A stretch of DNA of 64,000 nucleotides, from positions 1 through 64,000 of the forward strand of contig MU058482.1 of assembly GCA_013265495.1 (NCBI GenBank). The letters are read 5' to 3'. The notes under the pieces were generated by a model, which searched no databases, was not told where the DNA came from, and saw only the letters and a list, made by a program, of their open reading frames with translations. This document shows positions 25,721-38,250 of this stretch, piece by piece (within the stretch, counting starts at the first letter, position 1; the number at the start of each line of letters is the position of its first letter). Made by a program: the position numbers and the translations under genes. The DNA is from Vicugna vicugna. Lineage: Eukaryota.

Positions 25721-28127
25721 CTTATTAATTATCTGCTACTTGGCAATCTCTGTAGCTCCATCATTGATAAATCATCGCAACAAATATTAAAGAAGATATC
25801 ACTCTCCTGTTTTACAGATAACTAAATAAAGTTTAAAAATGTTTAGTAAGTAGGTGGCAACACGAATAATTTTGAACACAAATCTTTATGATAGCAAAAC
25901 CCACGTTCCCTGTTTTTAACACTATAGATTGTTTTCAGAGAAAACTTGGAAGGGAAGACAAAGAGTAGCAAAATTACTTCTTCTCAAACCCTTGATGTAT
26001 TTTAAGACATCATGTTAACAGTTTCCATATTCATCCAAATCAATATATAGAGAAAATAATTAAATAATTGCAGATTTGGCTCTTTCACCAAAAGAGAAGA
26101 CAGTATTATCAAGGGTGCTCAAGATGCAACTCAAGAGCTGACCACCAGGTAGCGAAATGGCCGTTCTTTTCAGATCAGTATTAGGCGCCTGACTTGAGCA
26201 ATGCACTGTAGCAAGAGTGGCAAACTCTTCTAGACTTCTTTCAATCACAAGGACGCTGGAACTTAATTCACATCAGTGATCATTCTCTCTCTCCATTCCT
26301 TATAACCTGCTTATAATAAAGATATCTAAAATACAGTTGCTCGAATATACCAGTGTGAATGTTGCTTATATATGGGATTATAGCTCGGTCCTTCCTATAT
26401 GACTACATTATTAAAACCTAATCAGTCAGTTATGAAGCTTTATTCCACAAGATTATGAGACATTTATAGACAGAAAGGAGAATAATTTTCAGATGCATTC
26501 CAGGGATCTGAATAGTCTATACATCCAATAAATCTGAGCCAGACCATTTGAACCATAGTTACTGGTCCAGAACTTTCCAGAGTAAAACTTGGAGCACCTC
26601 ACAATAAAAGACACAGGCAGTAAATGGAAGCCAAGACTTCAGTATAAATATTGTTTAAAAAAATTACCATTTTTTTCCTTATTCACAATAGAAATAATGT
26701 AAATGCAATAAGCAAATAAAAGAAGAGGAAAAAATTCTATGTCTATAATTTTAGTCAAAGAAAGGGAGAGAATCCAAATATTTGTAAGAGCTGCCAAAAT
26801 CAGATAAGTTTGCACAAATACGTACTGAACAGGTACAGTGAATCATTCCAGATCCAAAAGAAATCATTCCAGATCCAATCCATCAAGCCAGCCTTGAGAA
26901 CATCTTCAAGACTTTTAAGATTTGTTAATATAAAGAATTATTAATAGACTTCCAAGTATTAAAACAATTCTTTAATTGCTGAAATATATATTTCATGTTC
27001 TGTGCATATATTTGTCCCTATTTTTCAAATTATTCTAATATTCTAGTTTTTTAATAACAAATTATGGTTTTATCATTGATTTTATTATTTTCCTTTCATC
27101 AGTCAATTTCTGCTTTAAATTTAATTCCTTAACTCTGATTTTTTTCACCTTGTTTGTTGTTCATTGTCTAGTTTCTTGAGTTGCATGCCAAAATTATATA
27201 GTTTAATATATCTTTTTTTTGTATTTGAAATACCATTAAAAATAAATGTACAAAAAGAAGTTCAACTAAATATGTATATACAGATGAACATGTAGGAATA
27301 CATAGAGGGAAATTTATCTGAAGATACAGGTTAAAAATGTTGAAATTCAGTGAAAAACATTAAAAGTCCTTTATAAATCGATAAAAATAACATTTTCCTG
27401 AAATAAAAAAATTTTGTAAAACAGATATTTTAAATATTGATGTAATCATTAAATGCAATTCCAACTTTCTTATTTTCAATTTGTTTTCTTTTGTTGTTTC
27501 TTTTAAGGGAGGTATATTGAACATGAGTAAAATGGGACAGAATTTTTAACATTTATGTTGAAAAATAAATGTGTAAAAACTACCCCCAAAAGTCTTGAAA
27601 AACAATAATAGTGAGGATTTACCTTCACAGGTAATAAAATTTTCTATAAAGCTGTCTACTCCAGTAGGCATAAAATGAGACAGCAAGATCAAAGAAAATA
27701 AATAAAGTCTTTGGAAACATAATGAAAAGAGGAATTTAAGACATTCCACAGAAGGTGATTCATATTAGGAGGAAAAAAATGTCTTACTTATATACAAATT
27801 AAAAGGTTTGTGTCTCTGTTGTGGAGAACTCCCACATATCCCTCTAAGACCCAATAATTATTGATCATTTTATGGATACAATTGATGGGGGGCTCCAGGA
27901 TAGAAATGGAGCTCTTTCATGCCAGAGGTGTTAATGAGATAGAATGAGATCTTAGCACAAAGTTTGTCACATAGTAGACACCTTAGAAAGTAAACAAGTT
28001 ACCTTGACTCACAGCAAATAGACCTAAATTAAATTAATTCAGAAATAGCATAAAACAACATGGTATATTAAAAGAGGAAACATACTGAGAGGGCCTTCAT
28101 TGTTGAAAACAAGGCCTGTAACGTAAG

Positions 28128-28582
28128 TGAAGGAAACCAGAACGTGTCACCCCGAAATATGCCTCTTTGATATAAAAACTATTTTGAGCAAATGTACAAA
28201 AGGACCCTCTTTTTCTCCCTAAAGGCAGTAAGTAAATTCTCATCTTTGTGGGGAGAGATTTTTTTATCAGCCCAGTGTTGGCATCAAAGAATTTGTCTAT
28301 TTAAGAGCCATAAGGATTACCCAGACCCTAACTGGACTATTACTAGCCGATTATCCTCTCAATTCTTAACAAATGTATTATTTCTTTGTTCAAAAGATAT
28401 AAAAGCTTCCTACTCTAGGCACTTCTCCCAAATATTCATTCTCTTGTGAAGGCTCCCATGTACATATAAAAATTTAATAAAATCTGTGTATTTTTCTCCT
28501 ATTAATCTGTCTTAGGTTGAGTCAATACTTAGGCCCAGCCAGGAACTCAAGTAGGGTAGAGGAGACTTTTTCCTCCAGCACA
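28128..28582 (+). mobile_element. MER34-like ERV1 solo LTR
   Basis: Begins TGAAGGAAACCAGAACGTGTCACCCCGAAATATGCC, contains AATAAA, ends CA; near-TSD TAAG/TAAT; absent from copy A. Confidence 0.7.
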
Positions 28583-28977
28583 TAATATACACTCAATAAA
28601 TATTTATTGAACAAATTTATCTGAAAATGCAACATATAACATATAATTTTTACTGATTTTTTGGTCATATGTTTCTGAATTTCCATTGCTCAATCTAATC
28701 ACCAAATGGCAAGGATTTTACATAGCTGTTCTTTCCTTCCAGTCATGGTCAAAAATTCTGTATGTCTACTTTCAAGCCAGTGATTCAGGAATAAGGGTGT
28801 TTTTCACAAATGATAACTCTGGACATGATCTATGAACAAAGAGAAATATTTTCTTAAAATGAGTGTCTTCCCTCTAACCCCACCCCTGTGCTGCCACAGC
28901 CCTTGCCACTTCCTGTCTGTGATGGCAATACCCTGCCCTGGTCCCTACATCAGGTGGATGCATCGAGCAGAGCCCTG

Positions 28978-29016
28978 GGTTTTGGTACACCTCCCTCCAA
29001 CACACCTCGCACTGTG
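28978..29016 (-). other. 23-RSS of TRAV14 (29 kb copy)
   Basis: CACAGTG, 23-bp spacer, ACCAAAACC. Confidence 0.95.
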
Positions 29017-29535
29017 GGCTCACTCAGTGCACAGAAATACACTGCAGAGTCCTCCAGCTGTGAGGCTGAGATGACGAGTTTGATGGATTTGCTTGCCTTC
29101 TGGAAATTCAATGAGTAGCGACCTTCTGTGGCGTTTTGCTGGTTATAAGAGTCCTGACCAATTAGGAAAGTCGTCGCCCCACTGCTGGGCTGCTTGTACC
29201 AGAATAAACTATAAGTTGGCTCACTGGTCTCGTATGTGCAGTTCAGGGTCACTGCCTCCTTCTCCTGCACTAACATTGGTGGTTGGTCTTGAGTTACCGT
29301 CTGAGCAATGCTGGATCCTGAAGGAAAAAACAAAACATAGAATCAGAGGTTTAGGAATAAGCAGTGTGGAACAAAGAAATCCTATTTTACACCCTACTAC
29401 CCCTTCCTTCCCAAGGTACCCATAAGACAGCTACCCTCAGTCTTCAGGTCATAGAGGAGGCACAGTCCCCCTGGGACCACCCCTACCTAGCCAGCATGAA
29501 GCCATGGCCACCTTCAGAAGGCTGGAGAGAAGCAT
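29017..29535 (-). CDS. TRAV14/DV4: TRAV14/DV4-like V segment, apparently functional; leader 29535-29487, V exon 29317-29017
   Basis: Same leader as the 11 kb copy. V exon [14 protein letters not shown]...[23 protein letters not shown]...VYFCALSE is open. Confidence 0.95.
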
Positions 29536-29694
29536 GTTTCAGGTCTGCCACTAGATGGAAAACGTCTTCTTCAATTTGAGGCCTGTGCAAGGTGAGGCGA
29601 GCCCGACAGGATGAGGGGAGACTCACTGGTCTATGTGCTGCTGCTGCCTCAGAACAGGAAGCAGGGGTTTGCTGCTGCAGCAAGTTGATGTGGG

Positions 29695-29702
29695 TGACGT
29701 CA
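29695..29702. promoter_or_regulatory. CRE palindrome in TRAV14 promoter
   Basis: TGACGTCA 160 bp upstream of the ATG. Confidence 0.65.
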
Positions 29703-30424
29703 AAAATCTCTATGGACTACGTGAGAGTCTCCCTCAACCCAAACTTGCTTTTGCATTAAGCAACTCTTCAATTGATAGCAATTACCTCTGAAAATAAACA
29801 CAAGTTAAATTTGATACTGAAAGCGAGACTGATGATTCCACTAATGCTGTGTTCAGTCATTGCGTCTGCAAAGGATCTGTGACGGTGGCAGTTGTTTAAA
29901 AATACTACATGTAACAGATTATGGAAACAGCATATGATGTAAAATGTATCCTCAGATGTATATATTCTGTTCTTTCCCCTAAAATAGAAATACATCACTT
30001 TATGGTAAGAAAACAAAGCTGTTTGGATCAATCACGGCAGACCTTGTGTTCTCCCTATCGTTGTAGCAATATTTCTCCTCACTATCAATGTTTGTTCATT
30101 TGCCTATCTTGGGGCCAAAAGCTGAAAAATCGAATCACTCTTTGCTGAAGAATTTAGACTGAGGCTGCTCACAGTCAGTCCTGTCACAGAGACCCCCTTC
30201 TCTTCTCTATTAGTTTTGACAGCCCAGCTCTGTTCATAAAAGCCAGGTTAGATACCTGGGTTTGGTCATTAGGTTATCAAACCTTTGAATTATATTTCTC
30301 CGATTAACTCAACTGGGACCATACATAAGCTACTATATGCTGTATGCCCATTTCTAAAGAGAATGTGTCTTAGGCTACCCCATACACCTACATAGAACTG
30401 CTGACCATAAGACTGTTGATTACA

Positions 30425-30670
30425 AGAAAATTTTCTTTGCGCATGCATATTAAAAGTAAGCCATGCCCTAGGCATATGACTCAACAACATGGAAAGCAAC
30501 AAAGACCATTGCCTATCATTCCTCTCTCTTGATACAGTAATCAAAGCTGGTCCTTCTTGTCTCAAAATAACTGTAGCCGCAGCTAAATTAGTTGAAACAT
30601 CTTCAGATCTTGCCCTGGTATCTTTGTTAAATCTGATCTTACCACATACAGTACAAACAGTTCTCCTCTC
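30425..30670 (+). mobile_element. Degenerate ERV pol fragment (paralog of 12300-12535)
   Basis: ...LSLDTVIKAGPSCLKITVAAAKLVETSSDLALVSLLNLILPHTVQTVL within ORF 30489-30716. Confidence 0.75.
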
Positions 30671-32189
30671 TAAGTTACGCATTAACTCTATAAAAACACC
30701 AAATATTTTTCTATGAGTTGACTGAGTAAATATAAAGTGTTATTAATTTCTCCTCACATTGTTCAACTGTAACACAGTTCTCAGTCAAAGGACTGTTGCA
30801 ACTGTACTTCCGTCATTCAAGAAAAGTTCACATCTAGAACAGATCTTTTGGACACTCTCATACCAAGTTCTGCATTAAAAATGTTTTTTTCAAACTGAAT
30901 ATTTTATCAACAGGGTAGTTATCTTTGTAACGTGTACACACACACTTGCACACTCAGAATGATCTGCCTGGGGGGAAAAAGGCTAAGTACGCCTAAGGAG
31001 AAAATGAAAAATGAAAAAAATGTCTGGTGGGTTTTCATTATTGTAGGTGATTCTGTCCACATCACTTAGAAGGCTATTGCCTAATCTGTCCAAGGAAGCA
31101 GAGTTTGAGACGGGAAGAAAAATACCTTAGGAAAAATTCAGCAATGTAGCACAGCAGAGCTCTCAGAATGAGAAAGCTGACATAGTGTGGATTTTAAAAG
31201 GCTTTAATGTCTTATCTTTAAAACTGAAAGTTCAATTTAAAAATTTAAAGGGACAACATCAGGTTGTTTATGTAATAACTACTCCAGACTCCTTTATAAA
31301 ATTCACTTCCTTGACTAAGGCATAAGTAATTAAAGTAGCTGACCTTGTAGATCTCTCCTGGGCATGCCTGTTTACAAATACATATATATATATTCGGTGT
31401 TAGTAAATATGATTTTAACATATCTCACAGCTTCAAATACTATAGGAGACAATGAAATTGTTTATCTAACTTTTCTTGGTCCTCTCATATCCCTATTTAA
31501 AATAGACACAAAATACTTAAATTATTTGATGTCATTTTGCCCCTCAAGGAAAGTTTTGTCATAAAGACAAAGTATCACAGTGTGAAAGGCACTGTAGAGG
31601 CTAGGAAAGCATGACTGAGCAGATCATCATGCTGAAGATAACTTTCTGACTAATCTTCATGCAAGCACTTGCTGTAGAACATAAAGACGTGGAGAAAGCT
31701 CAGTAATTCTCTCCTGTACCCAGAATACTGGGCCCTGACTTTGTAAGGAATCACTAGGAATGATCGATTTGTTTGATCCACGAGAACAATATACAACAGA
31801 ACCAGGACAACTGCCTGGTGGAGCCAAATGATCTCCCGTGAATACTAGACAAAATCCTATGGAGACAAGGCATCAGAGTAGGGACATATTGGCTGCGACA
31901 CTCAACAAATACTGTGGTGAAACTTTTCTAGGACGGCAGAGAATAGGGTCAGCTCATGCCTTCCTCGGAGCCAGAAAATCCCATAAAACCCATAAAGGGG
32001 GGATATAAACTGAAATACTGTCCCAAGGAAATATTTGCATATTTCCAAAAGGATTTTAAATAATTGCATTTTCTCCATGGTTTATGAGTATGTGCTAGTA
32101 ATAGTAGTCTGATTTTCTATGTGAGTTGAAGCACTATTTTGACAAAATCAAGCACTCATGATACTTAAAAATCAACGTGATATGGTGTT

Positions 32190-32518
32190 TAATTATATGG
32201 CCTAAATGCAATCACAAGTATACTTTTAAGAGGGAGATTTAAAAACAGAAGAAGAGATGCCCGTGAAATCGCAGAGGCAGAGACAAGCGAGTTGTGGTCA
32301 CAAGCCAAGAAAGGCTGGCAGCTACCAGAGCTGGAAGAGACAAGGAACAGTTCCTCCCCTAGAGCTTCTGGAGCAGGTAGAGTCCTGCTGACTCCCTGGT
32401 ATCAGCTCAGTGACAACAATTTCAGCTCTGGCTTCTAGAACCATGACAGAAATTTCTTCTGTTGCTTTAAGCCACCAGACTGACGATAACATTTCCAGAG
32501 GTATTAGGAAACAAACCA
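32190..32518 (+). mobile_element. MaLR LTR (MLT1C/D-like)
   Basis: cacaagccaagaaaggctggcagctaccagagctggaagagacaaggaacagttcctcccctagagc...ttaagccacc. Confidence 0.8.
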
Positions 32519-33696
32519 TGGTGATGGTTTAAAGCCTGAGTGTCTGGATCTGGGGTAACAATGTACTGGCTGTGCACACTCTGGCTGCTTTTACTTACAT
32601 TGCACACATTCTCGCCTGTGTACAGTAAAGCAGTTACGCCCATAGGAATTGTGCCTTCTCTCTCTTCTGACTTGGCTTAAGAGGAATTAGACAATAAAAT
32701 ACAAGCCATGCTTCCCTCTCCACTCCATTATTAGTCTTAGAGGAAATGTGTAACTGAATCACTGTGCTGCACACCAGAAACTAACACAACATTGTAAACC
32801 GACTACACTTCAATATTTTAAAAATCAGTTATAGAGGAAATGGTCCAGCCAAGACTCCCTCTGCTTCTACTGAAAAGGAGTTGGTGATCACAGTGAAGGA
32901 AATGGTCAAAGTTGGCCAAATTAAACACCTAGAAATAAATTTAATAATCTTGAAACATGGAGCTTTATTGAGAAGGACATTGATACACAGAGAGAAACAC
33001 TATATTCTTTAATAAACAAATATAGACTTTCAGGAGTTCATTCTTTATAAGCCAATTTATAACCTTAATGTTATCACAAACTTAAATAACATTTTATATG
33101 AAAAGCAGAATTCACCTTTAAGAAATCTCTCATGGATCTATTAAAAAACAGGTTTTAGAGTAGAAGATGAAATTGGAAATGTTCATTCCAAGATATAATA
33201 TCAAGTGAAAAAATAGGATTTAATTACTAGAATTTATGAAGAGAATAAATCAAACATTAGCAGTAAATTACCTAAGTGCAGAATTATCAATTTCACATTT
33301 TTATATTTTACATACTTTCTAAATTTAGCATATAATGCTTTATAGTAAGCAAAAAATAACATGCAATTTTTAAAGATAAGAGTTAAAAGCTCAAAAAAAA
33401 AAGAGTTAAAAGCTCATCCATAATAGGAATGTGATATTTTTATTAAGGATTTTTTATATGTGAAGAGTCTGAATAGCAAATGTAAATTCTTCTTTAAAAC
33501 TGGAATTTCAAAATAAAACGTCACTAACTCCCTCCAAGAATTCAGTATGCAACGCATATTTAACAGTTTCTGGAACCTAATCTTCCTATTACATGCTTTT
33601 CATATCTAATTCACTGATTTCCACTTGCAAACAAATGATACAACAAATGCTACGCTTGAAGGTCCGTGCCAAAGGAAGGGGGCTGCCCGAGTAGCA

Positions 33697-33735
33697 GGTT
33701 TGAGTACAGGTAGCAGGTGCCTGGGAAGCAATGTG
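33697..33735 (-). other. 23-RSS of TRAV13 (34 kb copy)
   Basis: CACATTG, 23-bp spacer, ACTCAAACC; identical to the 16 kb copy. Confidence 0.92.
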
Positions 33736-34231
33736 CACTTGCTGCACAGAAGTAGACAGCTGCGTCTCCAGGCTGGGTGGCTGTGATGTGCAGGGACAGA
33801 TGTTTGGCCGTCTTATTCAATAAAACAGTGAGTCCTTGGTCTTCCTCTTTGACCTTACTTGAACGAATGCTTATAAGGAACCGGAGACTTTTGCCAGGTT
33901 CTTGCTTATACCAAGGGAAGTAGCTTGAGGCACTGTCTGTGTAAGTGCAGGTGATAACAGAGCTGTTTCCCTCCTGGACACTCAGGCTGGGAGGACTCTG
34001 CTCCACATTCTCTCCTCGGCTCACACCTGTGCAGAAAGAAGAAGTCAGAGAAAGGAGAAGGGCTGTCAGGTCACGAGAATTTACTTTTCCTTCTCTACAG
34101 TAACCAGAGGAAACCAGAATAAGACCATTCTAAAGAATGTCCCCTAATATCCTCTGTTTCCCATAAGCCCTTGACTCACAGTCCAGCTGCAGCCACAAGA
34201 ACATGATTAAAGCTCCGATGGGTGTCTTCAT
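33736..34231 (-). CDS. TRAV13: TRAV13-like V segment, apparently functional; leader 34231-34180, V exon 34026-33736
   Basis: Leader [19 protein letters not shown] exon ...[22 protein letters not shown]...VYFCAAS is open. Confidence 0.95.
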
Positions 34232-34444
34232 TATTCTTCCCATTTGGGATCAATTGCAAACTGCAAACTCCAGCCAGAAGAGCTACTTCTATTACCAAGT
34301 GATCCCTTCTTTTCTCTAACAACCAGAGGTTTCTCACATTGTCTATTCAGCCAATAAGAAAAAGGCTCTGCTTCTGCCCTAAGCCTATTCATTCAGAATC
34401 CACTGAAATGAACCCCGCACGTGCTCTGCATCAGCAGAAGTGCA

Positions 34445-34458
34445 CCGCCATCTGGTGG
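34445..34458 (-). promoter_or_regulatory. CTCF motif upstream of TRAV13
   Basis: CCACCAGATGGCGG. Confidence 0.75.
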
Positions 34459-35952
34459 TCACATGTCTAACTACTGAAACCTCTGGTTAAATATTTTCTT
34501 AGCCTGTGTGTATAAGGGACTCAGATACATAAAAGCAGCAATAAATGAAACAAATTATGTCGTAGATTGTAGAGTAAATGCACGTTGATAGTGCAGAGAT
34601 CAGGATTTATATCTCTGCACACTACTGAGTCGTTGTTCATAAGCTGGAGAGAGGTAGATGCTGTTGCTGTTTATTCAGTGACGGACCCGGTATACAGGTT
34701 TGAAATCAGGAAAGCACCATGATTCATTCTCTTAAACAAAGAAGATGTAAAACCTTCCTTTTCAGCCAAATCTAAAATCTTCATTTGTCTGTTGTGGACA
34801 GACAAAGATCAGATCAGGAGCCAAAGATCAGAGTCGGAGAGAGAAGACCAGTTGATATTTCAAATGCCTATTATCTCAGCCTCTGCTCCTCTCAGCTGGT
34901 CTTGCCTGTGAATTTGCTGTTACCAGAGAACTGACAGTACCAGCAGTCAGATTGTGGAAACCTTCTTCAGGAAAGATGATTGTGGTATGAAGTAAAGGAG
35001 CAAACATCAATGATAAAGAAACAGAGGGAAATGTTCTGTATTTAGGAAACAGTGTGACCTATGGATTGGTGCACGAGAAGAAATCCGACATGCTCCAAGA
35101 AATATATTCCTATTGCTATGTGGATTACATACTACTAAGTATTGTAAGAAAGAGTAGACATTCTCAGAAAATGTAGGCTGCAGATTCAAAAAATGTAACC
35201 ATATGTAAACTTTTTACATGTGCTTTTATTTTCTGATATCAAAAGAGATGGCATATCTTAAATGCAAGACTGACTCAGGTCCTTGGTGGAATTCCCTCAA
35301 TCGTGCAAGGCATGGATTTCTGCTACCTTGGCTGTTACTGGATCAGCTTCCATTGTCTATCATTTTTCTCCCAAACTCCACTACAGTGTTTTTCCCCAAG
35401 ACATTAATAAAGTTCCTCCATTCTGTAAATTTCCATAATTATCTCCCTCTGCCAAAAAAAAAATCCCTTCTCATCTACTTTAATAATTTGATATTTTCCA
35501 ATTACCTCTGTAAGAAAAAAATCTAGGGAAGCCAAAATATTGCCTGTGTCTGCTAGAGGGATAGCAGAAATAGGTAAATGAGCCTAAAGAACTGATCATG
35601 AGAAGGGATCCCTGGGAAATTAAGAGCATCTCATTTTCAGAAATGAAAGCCCCTCTCCTGTGATTTGTACTCATTACTTTATGGAGTAAGTGCAAATGAA
35701 AGTAATCCCTTATAATCCCTCATCCACACTTCATACCCTTAGAGATTTAAGGACAGCTAAGATAAAAAATAATTAGAAATCAACATATAAATTTGTATGT
35801 AAATATAAAATGTGCATTTTTACATATATAAACCTTTTCTACCAAGGATCTTCCTCTGTTATCTCTTCCATCCTGTGTAGGATAGAATTCAAATAATTAT
35901 GGAGAAAATTTCCCTCTTCTGAGAAACGGAGACTTTTTTTTAAGACCTGCCC

Positions 35953-36200
35953 ACAAGATACCTGGTTTTATTGCATTTCACTTTTCGAACTTTGGAGATA
36001 CTACTTTTATTTATTCTACTTTCTTTTTTTAAAACAAATTGATGGTTTGTGTCAACCCTGCATCAAGCAAGTTTATTGGTGCCATTTTTTCAACAGCATT
36101 TGTTCACTTCATGTCTCTGTCACATTTTGGTAATTCTCACAGTATTTCACTTTTTTCATTATTATCATTATTATTGTTAAGGTGATCTGTGATCAGTGAT
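35953..36200 (-). mobile_element. Tigger1 terminal fragment
   Basis: acaaattgatggtttgtgtcaaccctgcatcaagcaagt...gtcacattttggtaattctc...gtgatctgtgatcagtgat matches a Tigger1 end. Confidence 0.85.
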
Positions 36201-36722
36201 TTTTTGTTTGTTTTGTTTTATTTTATCAAAGTATAGCCAGTTTATAATTTTGTGTCAATTTCCAGTGTACAGCATAATGTTTCAGTCATGCATATACATA
36301 TATATATATTCATTGTCATTTTTTATTAAAGCTTATTACAAGATATTGAATATAGTTCCCTGTGCTATACAGTATAAACTTATTGTTTATCTATTTTATA
36401 TATAATAATTAGTACCTGCAAATCTAGAACTCCCAATTTATCCCTTTCCACCCCCTTTCCCTTCTGGTAACCATACATTTTTTTTCTATGTCTGTGAGTC
36501 TGTTTCTGTTTTGTAGATAAGCTCGTTCATGTCATTTTTTTAAAGATTCCACATATAAGTGATATTATGTAGTATTATTCTTTCGCTTTCTGGCTTACAT
36601 CACTTGGTATGACGATCTCCAAGTCCATCTATGTTGCTGCAAATGACATTATTTTATTCTTTTTATGACTGAGTAGTATTCCATTGTAGATATATACCGC
36701 AACTTCTTTATCCTGTCATCTG
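36201..36722 (-). mobile_element. L1 3' fragment
   Basis: T-rich tail followed by agattccacatataagtgata...gagtagtattccattgt. Confidence 0.85.
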
Positions 36723-37508
36723 CAAGAGACAGAGATTTAGGTCAGTGTTTACCCTTTCAAGTTATGGTATCCAGAGCTGAATGTTACAGTTTGAATATGC
36801 TCTGTTCAGCACAGTGTTCCATATATTAACTTTAGCACAAGTATAATCCATCCCCTGGGCAAAATTCACTGCTCCACAAATATTTTATTGAAGATTACGT
36901 GACTCATCATAAAAAGGCATTGATTTGGGAAGGCTTTTTCTAGTACCTTCACGAAATGTGAGCTGCATAAAATAATGTTCCCCTTAGTCTCCAAATACAG
37001 TGATCATTTTTTATAACAACATATTAGTGATGCTCTATATTTTGCTATCTTATTGTTTTATACTGTTATCTTGGATTTGGCTTCCGTTTTATAAAATGCA
37101 GTTGGATTAAAGGATTTCCAAAGAGTTCTTCTTTTATACTATTTAACAAAGTAAATATTTATTGAGGGATGGTTATGCAGCACAATGTAGACTGGTGTGA
37201 GAGTGGGGAGAAATTAACTGCATCATGGAACCCAGGACCATTTTCACATCCTCATGCAATGTTGGAGGGATGAGGTTGCCACTAACCAACCCTGGGTCCT
37301 CTTTAGAAGCAGAGACAAGGTCCTGGGGGTCAGATTGCATCTGGGTTTTCATTTCTCCTATAAGATCAATGCTGGATCAAGGAGAGCTAAATTCATAGTA
37401 AAATGGAATAAAATGGGACTTGACTCACTGAATATACAGATCACTACAGTCAGAGTAATGGGAATGAACTTCATCTCTGAGCCATAGGTAAGCAGAGCAC
37501 TCCTTTCC

Positions 37509-37984
37509 AGAGACTTATTTCCTATATTTGTATGTAGAACATATCATAAATTTCCTATTAGAAAAAGAAACTCAGCAGCTTTTGAAACCTGGAAGAAGTA
37601 GATGAGGTTACTCACAGGTAAAGCAAAAAATACTTTCTCAAACGTCCTGATTGCCCCGTGGCTTCTAGCTCCCTTCTTCCAAGATGAACTTGGGTGCTCA
37701 AAATTCCCATACAGGAATGGCTATAGAATTTGTGCAGCCCCTTACTAGAGATTTATTTCCTATATTTGTGTGTAGAACATATCATAAATTTCCTATAAGA
37801 AAAAGAAACTCAGCAGCTTGTGGAACCTGGAGGAAGTAGATGAGGTTACTCACAGATAAGGCAAAAAATACTTTCTCAAACATCCTGATGACCCCGTGGC
37901 TTCTAGGTCCCTCCTTCCAAGTTGAACTTAGGTGCTCAAAATTCCCAAACAGGAATGGCTATAGAATTTGTGCAGCCCCTTACT
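37509..37984. repeat. 238-bp direct tandem duplication (~93% identical)
   Basis: Units begin at 37509 and 37747; both end ...gtgcagccccttact. Confidence 0.93.
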
Positions 37985-38250
37985 TAAAAAGCAGGGAAAA
38001 GTGATATTATGTAATAAAACATAAAATTCTCTTTTAAAAATATTTTCTTATAAAACATAATAGGTTTATAATGTTATAATAAATAACAACATAAATTTAC
38101 AAATTGCAAAAAAGTATTTTTGGATCATAATTTTACATAATTTCAATAACTAATAATACTTCATTGGTGTCATATCTTGACAATAATAAGATCTTTCTGG
38201 CTTTCCTTTCTGCAAATTAATCTATTAGGATGTCAAAAATTATACTTTTA

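Larger units (their letters stand above)
18840..35750. repeat. Segmental duplication copy B (TRAV9-TRAV14-TRAV13 cassette); ends approximate
   Basis: Collinear homology with ~4330-18340, plus copy-specific insertions. Confidence 0.9.

Noticed and set aside
26060..26260. V-like words (TVHC, PGGQL) and a plus-strand CTCF-like CCACCAGGTAGCG
   Set aside because: No Trp41, YYC or RSS, and the CTCF core has a mismatch at a key G; consistent with chance.
31620..31910. Scattered Ig-like words (SCK, VGTYW)
   Set aside because: Requires several frameshifts and the spacing is unconvincing.
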